The position numbers and the translations under genes are program-made. Below are positions 1 through 8,926 of a stretch of 64,000 nucleotides of DNA, piece by piece. Position 1 is the first letter of the stretch, and each line of letters opens with the position of its first letter. Below the pieces are notes generated by a model, which did no database searches, was not told the origin of the DNA, and saw only the letters and a program-made list of their open reading frames with translations. Source of the DNA: Desulfomicrobium sp. (lineage in GTDB: Bacteria; Desulfobacterota; Desulfovibrionia; Desulfovibrionales; Desulfomicrobiaceae); assembly GCA_040768745.1 (NCBI GenBank), contig JAXGMI010000001.1:512001-576000 (forward strand), given 5' to 3'.

Positions 1-52
1 TGTCCGTGGTACCGGGGGCGAGATAGACCTTGGCCGCGGGCACCCTCAGCAT
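1..52 (-). CDS. tnpB: IS66 accessory protein TnpB (5' fragment, runs off window)
   Basis: ATG at 52 gives MLRVPAAKVYLAPGTTD, matching the IS66 TnpB N-terminus (VYLAxGxTDMRK). Not in the ORF track. Confidence 0.85.
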   Translation of the reverse strand, partial: MLRVPAAKVYLAPGTTD

Positions 53-372
53 CGGGCTTCCAGCACGGTCAGCAGCTTGGTCAGCGTGGCTTCGTCGAAG
101 TCAGCCGGGATATCGAGAGCGTAACGCTTACCGACCAGCAGGCCAATGGACGGGGCTTTCGAGGCGAACGTAAGCGGCAACGCCACAAGAGCAGGAATTG
201 AGGTGGATTCGCCACCAGAAGATGATCGGGACTTTGTTATCCAGTATTGGAACGTGCTCAAAGCCAAACCATTTTCGCGACAGTATCGGGTCTTGCCGAG
301 GCCACTCTCCCGCCATTGCCGGACATGCGCCATCCAGCGTGCCGCGTGATTCTGTGCAAATTGAGATTTCAT
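46..372 (-). CDS. tnpA: IS66 accessory protein TnpA (HTH)
   Basis: WxxHVRQWRESGLGKTRYCRENGLALSTFQYW motif; AAGGAGG RBS before ATG at 372. Confidence 0.88.
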   Translation of the reverse strand: MKSQFAQNHAARWMAHVRQWRESGLGKTRYCRENGLALSTFQYWITKSRSSSGGESTSIPALVALPLTFASKAPSIGLLVGKRYALDIPADFDEATLTKLLTVLEARC

Positions 373-444
373 GAAGACCTCCTTGAATTGGAGGCCCATT
401 ATCTCACATGAAAAATTTATGGATAGATGCGGACAGGTGAGCGC

Positions 445-870
445 TTACGTAATAACGTCAATTACTGATTCTTTATGAATTAAAATAGGTAGTATTGGAT
501 TAACTTCATATTTATTTTCCCAATTGAAACGTTCATTCACATTAAATCCCCATGTCCCATCTATGTGATGAAAACTCGGAGATTCTTCCATCCATGTCAG
601 TGTCTCTGCAACACCAGGATTTTCCGCTTTCCACTGCTCCGGAGTCTTGTACACCCAGAAACCAGCCTTGGTGGCGCAATAGTATTTGTGCAACAGAATG
701 GTCGGTACATGATCCCAGAATACCAGGAGATACATGCACAACGCCGCGGCGACGCCCCAGCGCTTAGGGTTCCGGCCGGTCATCCTGGCCCAGCGCACCG
801 TCCCCCAGACCACGCAGACGGAAACCGCCAGGTATGCGGAAAATGCAGCCATCATGATGAGAAGGATCAT
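445..870 (-). pseudogene. Membrane-anchored hypothetical protein truncated by IS66
   Basis: GGAGG RBS before ATG 870; two N-terminal hydrophobic helices, then HKYYCATKAGFWVYKTPEQWKAENPG. Its stop codon (TAA, 447-445) lies inside the IS66 terminus. Confidence 0.75.
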
Positions 871-883
871 CGCACCTCCCTGG

Positions 884-3067
884 TTAGGATTGACATCCCG
901 AGCCCTGCTCTGCCCTTCCCGGCTCGAAACGGAACAACTCATCCGCCTGCAGTCCCGTGGGCACCTGATGGGTGATAAAAATCACGGTCGCCTGACCTTT
1001 GAGGCTGTTCACCGTGGCCGCGAAACGTTCCGCGGCAAGCTGGTCCAGACCTGAAGTGGCCTCGTCGAAAATCAGAATGCGGGGTCGCTTGAGCAGGGCC
1101 CGGGCAATGGCGATGCGCTGGCGTTGCCCGCCGGAGAGGCCCACGCCATGCTCGCCCAACTCTGTCTGATACCCCTGGGGCAGTGCTTCGATGACCTCAT
1201 GAATCCCGGCGTGCCTGCAGGCCATGACCACATCCGCGAACCCGGCATGAGGATTGGGGTGGAGAAGGTTGTCGTAGATGGTCCCGGAAAAAAGCACCGT
1301 GTCCTGGGGGACTACGCCAAAGAGCATGCGCAGCTCGTTGGCGCTCATGTGCCGAATATCCCGGCCGTCGATGCTGACCCGTCCGTCCGCTGGCGGCCAG
1401 AACCCCAGCAGCAGTTTGGCCAGGGTGCTTTTCCCGCATCCCGAGGGTCCCATGAGCACGTTCAGCTTTCCGGACTCAAAGGCCAGACTCAGGTTGCGGA
1501 ACACATACGGCTGCCCCGGCCCATACCGAAAACTCACGTCCCTGAATTCCACCCGCCCAGGCTGGGTGTTCCGCAGCCGGGACGGAACCAGTCCATGAGG
1601 CTCCGCAGGCATGTCCATGATATCGCCCAGACGTTTCACCGCGATGTTCGCCTGCTGGAACTCCTGCCACAAACCGACCAACCGGAGCATGGGCTGGCTC
1701 ATGCGGGCGGCGAACATCTGGAAGGCCACCAACTGTCCGATGGTGAAGCCGTTGTGACCCATGACCAGCAGCGCGCCCACTCCGAGAATGGACAAGGTCA
1801 TCGTCTGCTCCAACAGATTGGCAGCCACGTTGTAGGAGTTGGCCAGCTGCCGGGTGGCGAATCCCGCCCCCAGGTAGGCGGCCAGGTATTCGCCGTAGCG
1901 TTCCTCCAGTCCGGATTCCATCTGCAGGGCTTTGACCGTGTCCATGCCGGCCAGGTACTCGGTCATGAAGGCCTGGTTGCGCGCCCCGAGCAGAAACTGC
2001 CTGTTCACGCGCCTGCGAAAGACCGGGGTGACCAGCGCGCTCAGGAGGGCAATGAGGAGCAGAATGCCCAGGGCGACGAGGGACAACTGCCAGCTGTACC
2101 AGAACATCACGGCCATGAAGACGAGCAGAAACGGGCAGTCCAGAAGAAGGGTGACCGCTGCGCCGCTGACAAACTGGCGGATGCTTTCGACCCCCTGGAT
2201 GCGGGCCACCAGCGTACCGGTGGGCCGGGCCTCGAAATAGGGCATGGGCAGGCGCACCAGGTGCGCGAAAACCTTGCAGCAGAGGGTGGCGTCGATACGG
2301 GTGCCCGTGTGCAGGATCAGGTATTGACGCAGCCAGGTCATGAGGGAGCCGAAGGCCATGAACACGGCCATACCCGTAGCGACCACGAACAGGGTGTTTC
2401 TGGCCTGGTGGGCCACGACCTTGTCGATGACCACCTGGGTGAAAAGCGGTGTACCCAGGCCGATGAGCTGGATGAACAGGGAAGCGGTGAGCACGTCACG
2501 CCAGATGCATTTGAAGTTGAGGAGTTCGGGAATGAACCAGCGAAAACCAAATTTCGTGTCCCCCAGTGCGTTCACCCTGGCCTCGGGATCCAGGCCTGCA
2601 TCGACAGGGAGTTTCCGACCCAGCAGCAGGACATGGCTGTCCAGGGATGTACCAGCCTCGGACAGGGGCAGGGTTTCAGGATGGTGGGAGCCGGGGCGGA
2701 ACAGGAGAAGATTTTCCTGATCCGCCCGGACGATAAGGACGGGGATGCCCCGCTCCACCTCAGCATTTGGTTTGGACCCCGGATCATGGCCTGGACGCTG
2801 CTGATCAGAGCCGCGCAGAAATCCGATGACGGGCATGGGCGCCGTCGCCAGCTTGCCGGGAGACATGGACCGCATGCCCGCAGTGAACCCGAACGCCTGC
2901 AGCATCCGCTGCAGATGTTCCTCGCCGCAGCAAGGCGGGCAGTGGAGCGCGGCCAAACCCTGGTCAAAAGGAATCCGGAACATCTGGCACAGACTGCCCA
3001 GAATCCACAAGGCGTGCTCTCCGCGACAACGCACTGTCCGAGCACCTGGTTGCATCATGCTGCCCAT
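884..3067 (-). CDS. Type I secretion ABC transporter, HlyB family (C39-like domain + TMD + NBD)
   Basis: KFGFRWFIPE, LGTPLFTQVVIDKV, Walker A GPSGCGKST, LSGGQRQR signature, Walker B ILIFDEATS. Confidence 0.92.
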   Translation of the reverse strand: MGSMMQPGARTVRCRGEHALWILGSLCQMFRIPFDQGLAALHCPPCCGEEHLQRMLQAFGFTAGMRSMSPGKLATAPMPVIGFLRGSDQQRPGHDPGSKPNAEVERGIPVLIVRADQENLLLFRPGSHHPETLPLSEAGTSLDSHVLLLGRKLPVDAGLDPEARVNALGDTKFGFRWFIPELLNFKCIWRDVLTASLFIQLIGLGTPLFTQVVIDKVVAHQARNTLFVVATGMAVFMAFGSLMTWLRQYLILHTGTRIDATLCCKVFAHLVRLPMPYFEARPTGTLVARIQGVESIRQFVSGAAVTLLLDCPFLLVFMAVMFWYSWQLSLVALGILLLIALLSALVTPVFRRRVNRQFLLGARNQAFMTEYLAGMDTVKALQMESGLEERYGEYLAAYLGAGFATRQLANSYNVAANLLEQTMTLSILGVGALLVMGHNGFTIGQLVAFQMFAARMSQPMLRLVGLWQEFQQANIAVKRLGDIMDMPAEPHGLVPSRLRNTQPGRVEFRDVSFRYGPGQPYVFRNLSLAFESGKLNVLMGPSGCGKSTLAKLLLGFWPPADGRVSIDGRDIRHMSANELRMLFGVVPQDTVLFSGTIYDNLLHPNPHAGFADVVMACRHAGIHEVIEALPQGYQTELGEHGVGLSGGQRQRIAIARALLKRPRILIFDEATSGLDQLAAERFAATVNSLKGQATVIFITHQVPTGLQADELFRFEPGRAEQGSGCQS

Positions 3068-3607
3068 GACAACGCCCTTTGCTATTTGTGGTGAGCCTCA
3101 GGCCCCCTGCCCAAGCATCACACGCTGAAGACTGCTCATCCTGACCATATCATTCCAGATCTCACTGCAAAAAGTAGTCACCCCTTGGAGAAGGGAATCC
3201 ATGCCTTTTTAACTATCTGAAAAGAATGGATCACGCCTACCCTGACGTGCACACGTTCGCGGGCTTGTGCCCATCAGGGTGAATGACACTTTGACTCATT
3301 TGCGACTTTTTGCAGTAACGTCATTCCATGCAGAACTATATGCGGAATGCATACTGCTTCTGATTTTTTTTTGTCAATGCGGAAATAATGTAAGACAAAT
3401 TGTTGTAAGACACGCAATACATCGTACAATGAACTGCGGAGAGGACATCGATTATACGTTGTTCATGGATTGACACGACTGTTGGCAACACCTATTCGTT
3501 GCATGTCTTACATGTTCAGGGGCATATAGTATGAAAATATTCTTCCTTATCCACTGCACATTCCCAGTGGATCGAGGTGAAATTTTCGGTGAAAACTCTT
3601 TCAACGC

Positions 3608-4636
3608 ATGGGCGGCGAAACCGCCTGCATCATGACCCTTCAGCACGGCCGTCACATTCTGGCCTCGGGCCAGCTCGACTGCTTTGACGCCAGAGGACGT
3701 CCCGTGGACTGCGCGGGAAGCGGCCAGGACGGGGAATTCCGGCCCGGCGTGGCATGGCCTGAACCGCGTTTCGCCCTTTTGGGTCATGACCTGATCCAGG
3801 ATCTGCTCACGGGCCTCTTCTGGACCCGTGTGGCTGGGCTGGGAGATTTCCCCATGTCCTGGGCCGAGGCCCTGTCCGCCGTGGCCGGCATGAACCGGGA
3901 CAAAGCTCTGGGCCATGCCGACTGGCGACTGCCCAACCGCCGGGAGCTGGCCAGCCTTGTCAGCCCGGCCCACCAACGCCCGGCCCTGCCCAGCGGGCAC
4001 CCCTTCATCGTGAGCCAGACCTGGTACTGGACCTCCACCACGGCTAGCCTGGCTCCCCGCTACGCATGGCATGTGCACCTGGAGGGAGGGCGCATGTTCT
4101 ACGGGGACAAGGGCCGGGATGCCATGGTCTGGCCGGTGCGGGGCGTGGGCGCAGTCCTGCCGCGCACAGGGCAGCGCCGCTGCTGGGATGCCGGCGGCGT
4201 TGCCGTGGCGTGCCTGGGGACCGGACAAGACGGGGAGCTGCGTCAGGGCGTTCCCTGGCCCGAGCCGCGCTTCACGCGGGAAAAAGGCGGGGTGCACGAT
4301 GCGCTGACCGGCCTGTTGTGGACGCTCTCGGCGGACCAGGCAGGGCCGTGCTCCTGGGAACAGGCCCTCCACGCTGCACAAGGCTGCCGCGAAGGCGGAC
4401 GGAACTGGCGTCTGCCGACCATCCGGGAGCTGGAATCCCTGGTGGACGCGGATGAGCACAGCCCCGCCCTGCCCAGGGATCATCCCTTCAGGGACCCGCG
4501 CGAGGCATACTGGTCCTCCACGTCCAGCGCCTTTGCCCCGGACTGGGCCTATTGTCTGTACCTGCACAAGGGGGCCGTGGGCGTTGGGTTCAAAGCCAAA
4601 CGTGAATTCCACGCATGGTTCGTCGCTTTGGAGTGA
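3608..4636 (+). CDS. Tandem DUF1566 (Lcl C-terminal, CLec-fold) domain protein
   Basis: Two copies of GQxxCxD..GQDGE..G(V)xWPEPRF..D.LTGLxW..WRLPxxREL.SLV..YW(T/S)ST. Start may be 3632. Confidence 0.85.
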   Translation: MGGETACIMTLQHGRHILASGQLDCFDARGRPVDCAGSGQDGEFRPGVAWPEPRFALLGHDLIQDLLTGLFWTRVAGLGDFPMSWAEALSAVAGMNRDKALGHADWRLPNRRELASLVSPAHQRPALPSGHPFIVSQTWYWTSTTASLAPRYAWHVHLEGGRMFYGDKGRDAMVWPVRGVGAVLPRTGQRRCWDAGGVAVACLGTGQDGELRQGVPWPEPRFTREKGGVHDALTGLLWTLSADQAGPCSWEQALHAAQGCREGGRNWRLPTIRELESLVDADEHSPALPRDHPFRDPREAYWSSTSSAFAPDWAYCLYLHKGAVGVGFKAKREFHAWFVALE

Positions 4637-4801
4637 AAAACTCCTGCTCACTGTTGCCATTCCGCCCTGGCGCTTGTATCCTGCATAAAAGATTTTTCCG
4701 ATCCTGGCGCGTTCCAGCCCCAGCACGCAGCACGCGTGCAGAACGGCGTCCCGCCAGGGGCACACCCGAAACATCTTCGTCAAAACAAGGAGACAGACAC
4801 A

Positions 4802-5299
4802 ATGGCGACAAAAGCCTCATTCACAGCCGATGAATGGACCCTGATCAGGATCGTACCCTCACTGGTGGCCAGCGGGGTCTGCGCCTCTGATCCGAGCGGC
4901 ATTTTCGGCGCCATCAAGGAATCCGCCGCCGGGGCCATGGAGATGGTGGAAGCCCTGAAGGAAAACGCGAACATGGAACTGCTGAACGCCATGAAGGAGG
5001 ACAGGAGCTTCCCGAGCATGCCCGATGCCAAGTCTTTGACCGGCGAGGGCACCCGCGAACAGCAGATGGCGAACCTCAAAAACTCCGTCCTGGCCAAAAT
5101 CACGGAAGCCGTGAACCTGGTCAGCCAGAAGGCCAGCCCCGAAGAAACGAACGCCTACAAGAAGATGCTTCTGGATATCGCCGAAAGGGCCGCGAATGCG
5201 TCCAAGGAAGGCGGATTCCTGGGCTTCGGCGGGGTGCGGGTCAGCACGGCGGAACAGACGTACATCAATGAGGTCAAGTCCGCGTTGCAGCTGGCCTGA
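4802..5299 (+). CDS. Conserved hypothetical alpha-helical protein
   Basis: AAGGAG RBS, host-like codon usage, C-terminal KEGGFLGFGGVRVS motif, downstream terminator. Confidence 0.8.
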   Translation: MATKASFTADEWTLIRIVPSLVASGVCASDPSGIFGAIKESAAGAMEMVEALKENANMELLNAMKEDRSFPSMPDAKSLTGEGTREQQMANLKNSVLAKITEAVNLVSQKASPEETNAYKKMLLDIAERAANASKEGGFLGFGGVRVSTAEQTYINEVKSALQLA

Positions 5300-5343
5300 A
5301 CATGAGGGCGCTGGATGCGCGGAAACCCTGACGTTTCCTCACT

Positions 5344-5376
5344 GCCCCGGCCGATCTTTCCCGGCCGGGGCTTTTT
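5344..5376 (+). terminator. Rho-independent terminator
   Basis: GCCCCGGCCG / CGGCCGGGGC stem followed by TTTTT. Confidence 0.75.
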
Positions 5377-5601
5377 CGTCGCGACATCCCCGAGTTGGCC
5401 TCTGCCCAAGGGAAATCCGCGGCACGTCAATCGCGGGCCGGCCTGATAGTCCCCGGCCATTCTCCCCGATCTGCAGGCATGCAGGGGTGGCCAGCCCTTG
5501 CCAAGATCTTCCCTCTGGATTTACACAAAACCAGCTGGATGCGGACCATGCCCTCCAGTCCGGGGACAAGTCCCCACTCGTGAGCAACCCTGGAGAAATC
5601 C

Positions 5602-6321
5602 ATGCCCCGTCCCAAGTCGCCCGATACGCCTCTGCGGTCCACCATCCTCCTCATCGACGACAACCGTGAACTCTGCCTCGCCTTGCAGGAATACTGCGCT
5701 CTGGAAGGAATGGACATGCATCTGGCCCACAGCGGCGAGGAAGGTTTGCCCCTGGTCTTGAGCGGAAGATTCGATCTGGTGGTCCTGGACGTACGCATGC
5801 CGGGCATGTCCGGCATGGACATGCTGCGGAAGATCCGGACCAGGACCATGGTTCCCGTGCTCATGCTGACGGCCATGGGCGCCGACATGGATCGCATCCA
5901 GGGCCTGGAATTGGGGGCGGACGACTATGTCGCCAAACCCTGCTCCCCTCGGGAGCTTGTGGCCCGCATCAGGGCCATCCTGCGCCGCTCGGGCTTGTCA
6001 CAGGACGCCAGCCCCGGAATGCTGTCCTTCGGGGAACTGGCCCTGTGGCCTGACAAACACATGGCCACCTTCAACAGCCAACCCTTGCACCTGACCGGGG
6101 TGGAATTTTCTGTCCTCAGGATCCTGCTCCAGCATGCCGGAAGACCCGTCAGCAGGGAAACCTTGTACCAGGAAGCCTTGGGACGACCAGCCACCCCGTT
6201 TGACCGCGCCCTGGACGTGCACCTTTCAAACATCCGCCGCAAAATGGGCCAGTTCGACGAGGGCTGGTCCCCTATCAAGGCCCTGCGCGGGCAGGGCTAT
6301 CAGCTCGTGGTCAGATATTAA
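5602..6321 (+). CDS. OmpR/CpxR-like response regulator (no adjacent kinase)
   Basis: ILLIDD, LDVRMPG, GADDYVAKP receiver; winged-helix FDRALDVHLSNIRRK..RGQGY. Confidence 0.92.
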   Translation: MPRPKSPDTPLRSTILLIDDNRELCLALQEYCALEGMDMHLAHSGEEGLPLVLSGRFDLVVLDVRMPGMSGMDMLRKIRTRTMVPVLMLTAMGADMDRIQGLELGADDYVAKPCSPRELVARIRAILRRSGLSQDASPGMLSFGELALWPDKHMATFNSQPLHLTGVEFSVLRILLQHAGRPVSRETLYQEALGRPATPFDRALDVHLSNIRRKMGQFDEGWSPIKALRGQGYQLVVRY

Positions 6322-6729
6322 TCCGAGCCCTAACTTGTTAACATTTTGTCGCCGCCCCTCCGACCAGCAAGCGTTAGCGGGTAAGTGGCGTTAACTATTT
6401 CTTCGTCGGAGTAATAACAGTCTGTCCCGACGGCTCCATGATCCCTCGCGACGGGGGGTGGAACATCATCCCTGGGGAATTGAACAACAGCTCCCCACAG
6501 CTCACTCCCCGATGCCGCCAGACCTGCCGCCACCTGTCCCTCGCCACGCGGAAATCGGTGGGACGGCGCGGATGGGCCCTTTCCATGCTTTATGCAGCGG
6601 AATCCCTGCCCATGCTGTGCAATCAACCGTGCCGGCAATTTTATTAAGGAAAGTAAATTTCATTGCATTTCTTTCACCACTCTCGTTATGTAGAATTGTT
6701 CGCAAATCCTCTGTTCCGGAGTGCACAAG

Positions 6730-7044
6730 ATGTTTGAAAAACGACAATATCCTCGGCATGCAAGTCTTGAACGATGCAGCGTCGAACATTTTTTGCAGAA
6801 AGACGAATTCACTTTTGAATCCAGAATAATCAACTACAGCGCTGGTGGACTCATGCTTGAGTCTGACTATTCTCTCCCCGAATGGACCCCGGTCAGGATC
6901 AGGCTCAATCACGGCTCAGATGTTCAGGAACGCACGGGAAATGGAATCCTGGTAGGCGGTGTGAGATGGTGTGCGGAGCAGGACGGCTCCTATTCCGGTT
7001 CCTTCGGCATCGGCGTGGCATTCGCGAAGCAGACGACACATTGA
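6730..7044 (+). CDS. Stand-alone PilZ-domain protein
   Basis: RQYPR (RxxxR) and NYSAGG (D/NxSxxG) c-di-GMP motifs; VRWC..GIGVAF C-terminus; GGAG before ATG 6730. Confidence 0.85.
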   Translation: MFEKRQYPRHASLERCSVEHFLQKDEFTFESRIINYSAGGLMLESDYSLPEWTPVRIRLNHGSDVQERTGNGILVGGVRWCAEQDGSYSGSFGIGVAFAKQTTH

Positions 7045-7083
7045 TCCGCTGACCACGCATCCAAGAACAGATTTTCCAAGACA

Positions 7084-7109
7084 AAGGGGCGTCCTTCGGG
7101 GCGCCCCTT
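7084..7109. terminator. Hairpin terminator between converging genes
   Basis: AAGGGGCGTCC-TTCG-GGGCGCCCCTT. Confidence 0.6.
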
Positions 7110-7299
7110 CTGGTTGCCTCCCTGGCAGGCGGAGCATGGACAGAGCCTGTCAGCCTATGACGGCGGCACTACGGCGGAAAGCATCCTGCCAGACGTTCCC
7201 GTCCCAGAGCAGAATTAGAAATCCACCTCACAAAGAAAGATCTTTTCCGCAGGGGACTCCGGCCGGATTGTCAGTTGCAAAGGCGCCCACCGCTATCGG

Positions 7300-8721
7300 C
7301 TAGCTCCGGGGACCGAGACGTTTGGTCTGGCGGACGGAACCCTTGTCGCTCTTCATGATCCCCAAACCAGTCAGGGCGCAGGCCAGTGCGATCACGGGGG
7401 TACTCCAGTTGAAAAACGCGTAGGGCAGAAAATCAACCGCCTCAACGCCAAGGATGCCCAGGATGTAAAACGCGTGCACGCTCCACGGAACCAGCGGGCA
7501 GCCGAGAGTGCCTGCGTCCTCACATGTCCTGGAAAGCACCCGGAGGTCGAACCCCGCCTCTTTGAAAGGCCTGGAGAGTGCCCGCCCGGTCACCACAACA
7601 GCGAGAATCTGGCTGCCGGTGCCGAGCAGGATGATATAGGCCGAAGCAAGGGCGACTCCGATCAGGGAAATGGCGGAGTTCGCTCCGCGAAGCATGGCGT
7701 CCAGCAACACCTCAAGGACGCGGGCTTTTTCAAGGACGCCGCCGAAAGCCATGCCGCAGGTCAGCAACAGGATGGTAACCATGATACTCATGAGTCCGCC
7801 GCGGGAGAGCAGCTTGTTCAGCTCGGGAGAGGAAGTGCTTGCCTCGTATCCGTTGGTCATGAACTTGGCGAGGGAAGCGACGGAGGCGCCTTCAAAGAGG
7901 GCGATTCCCAAAGCGCTCACCACGCAGATGACCATGACCGGAAGCACCGGCAACCGTTTGTAGGCCAGGGCTATCATGAGAATCGGCGGCAGGAAGGCGA
8001 TGGGCGACAGAGAAAAAGAGGACTCCAGGGTGGCCAGGATGGTGTTGATGTTGCCCAAGCCGCTCACGTTTCCGGTATGCATGGAGCCCAGGATGGCATA
8101 GCCGATTGCTGCGACGACGGAAGCGGGCAAGGTGGTCCACAGCATGGACGAAATGTGGGTGAACAGCGGGACCTCGCAGACCGTGGCCGCGATGTTCGTG
8201 GAATCGGAAACGGGCGACATCTTGTCGCCGAAATACGCTCCGGAAACAATGGCCCCAACGGTCCAGGCCGGGTTGTAGCCCATTGCCCCGCCGACACCCA
8301 GCAGGGCCACGCCGATGGTTCCCATGGTCCCAAAAGAGGTGCCGGTAGCAAGGGAGGCAATGGAACACAGGACAAATGTTGACACGAGGAAATGTTGCGG
8401 GGCGATGAGCTTGAGCCCCCAGTAGATGATGGCAGGGATGGTTCCTGACGCCATCCAGGAAGCGATGATGATGCCCACGAGCATGAGAATGGCCACGGCA
8501 ATTTGAATCCTCCCCACGGCCGAGAGCATCCCGTCCTGGAGTTCTTCCCAGTTGTAACCGATCCTCAGGCACATGAGAGCGGCAACGACAAGGGCGACAA
8601 GCAAGGGCAGGACTGGCGGCCTGACACCGACGACAACCGTACCGTAGAGGATGATCGCAACGGGGATGGAAAAAGTCAGTAACGCCCATGTCAATGATGG
8701 CTTCCGAGCATCAGAACTCAT
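7300..8721 (-). CDS. nhaC: NhaC-family Na+/H+ antiporter or amino-acid transporter
   Basis: GTSFGTMGTIG, SGAYFGDKMSPVSDSTN, LSRTCEDAGT motifs; many TM segments; GGAGG RBS. Confidence 0.9.
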   Translation of the reverse strand: MSSDARKPSLTWALLTFSIPVAIILYGTVVVGVRPPVLPLLVALVVAALMCLRIGYNWEELQDGMLSAVGRIQIAVAILMLVGIIIASWMASGTIPAIIYWGLKLIAPQHFLVSTFVLCSIASLATGTSFGTMGTIGVALLGVGGAMGYNPAWTVGAIVSGAYFGDKMSPVSDSTNIAATVCEVPLFTHISSMLWTTLPASVVAAIGYAILGSMHTGNVSGLGNINTILATLESSFSLSPIAFLPPILMIALAYKRLPVLPVMVICVVSALGIALFEGASVASLAKFMTNGYEASTSSPELNKLLSRGGLMSIMVTILLLTCGMAFGGVLEKARVLEVLLDAMLRGANSAISLIGVALASAYIILLGTGSQILAVVVTGRALSRPFKEAGFDLRVLSRTCEDAGTLGCPLVPWSVHAFYILGILGVEAVDFLPYAFFNWSTPVIALACALTGLGIMKSDKGSVRQTKRLGPRS

Positions 8722-8926
8722 GAATCCTCCTCGATAATCTGATTATGCAGAGATTTTTTACATGATGAAAGATGAATAAGAATATATAAGTTCAAAATAT
8801 TAACATTATATAAAATATTACGTTAAATAATTATTTGTACATACATATTGCATATTGACAATATTTTCATAAAATTTTATCGAAAATATGTTTTTAAATA
8901 TGTAAAAATTTTTATAATATATTAAA

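Larger units (their letters stand above)
1..448 (-). mobile_element. IS66-family insertion sequence, left end (continues beyond window start)
   Basis: Minus strand starts GTAAGCGCTCACCTGTCCGCATCT at 448, a typical IS66 GTAA terminus, followed by tnpA and tnpB with an ATGCTGA overlap. Confidence 0.9.

Noticed and set aside
1124..3094. Long antisense ORFs (e.g. 1124-3094+, 11580-13148-, 49295-50599+, 50553-52193+, 56811-58079+)
   Set aside because: They mirror well-supported genes on the opposite strand, have no motifs, and are expected in GC-rich DNA.
3608..4636. DUF1566 protein as target of a diversity-generating retroelement
   Set aside because: No reverse transcriptase and no adenine-variant template repeat seen in the window. 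The internal similarity is simple domain duplication.
6540..6600. c-di-GMP-I riboswitch upstream of the PilZ gene (GGAAA..GTGGGACG)
   Set aside because: It lacks the GGCAAAC and GCAAAG conserved segments, so the resemblance is too weak.
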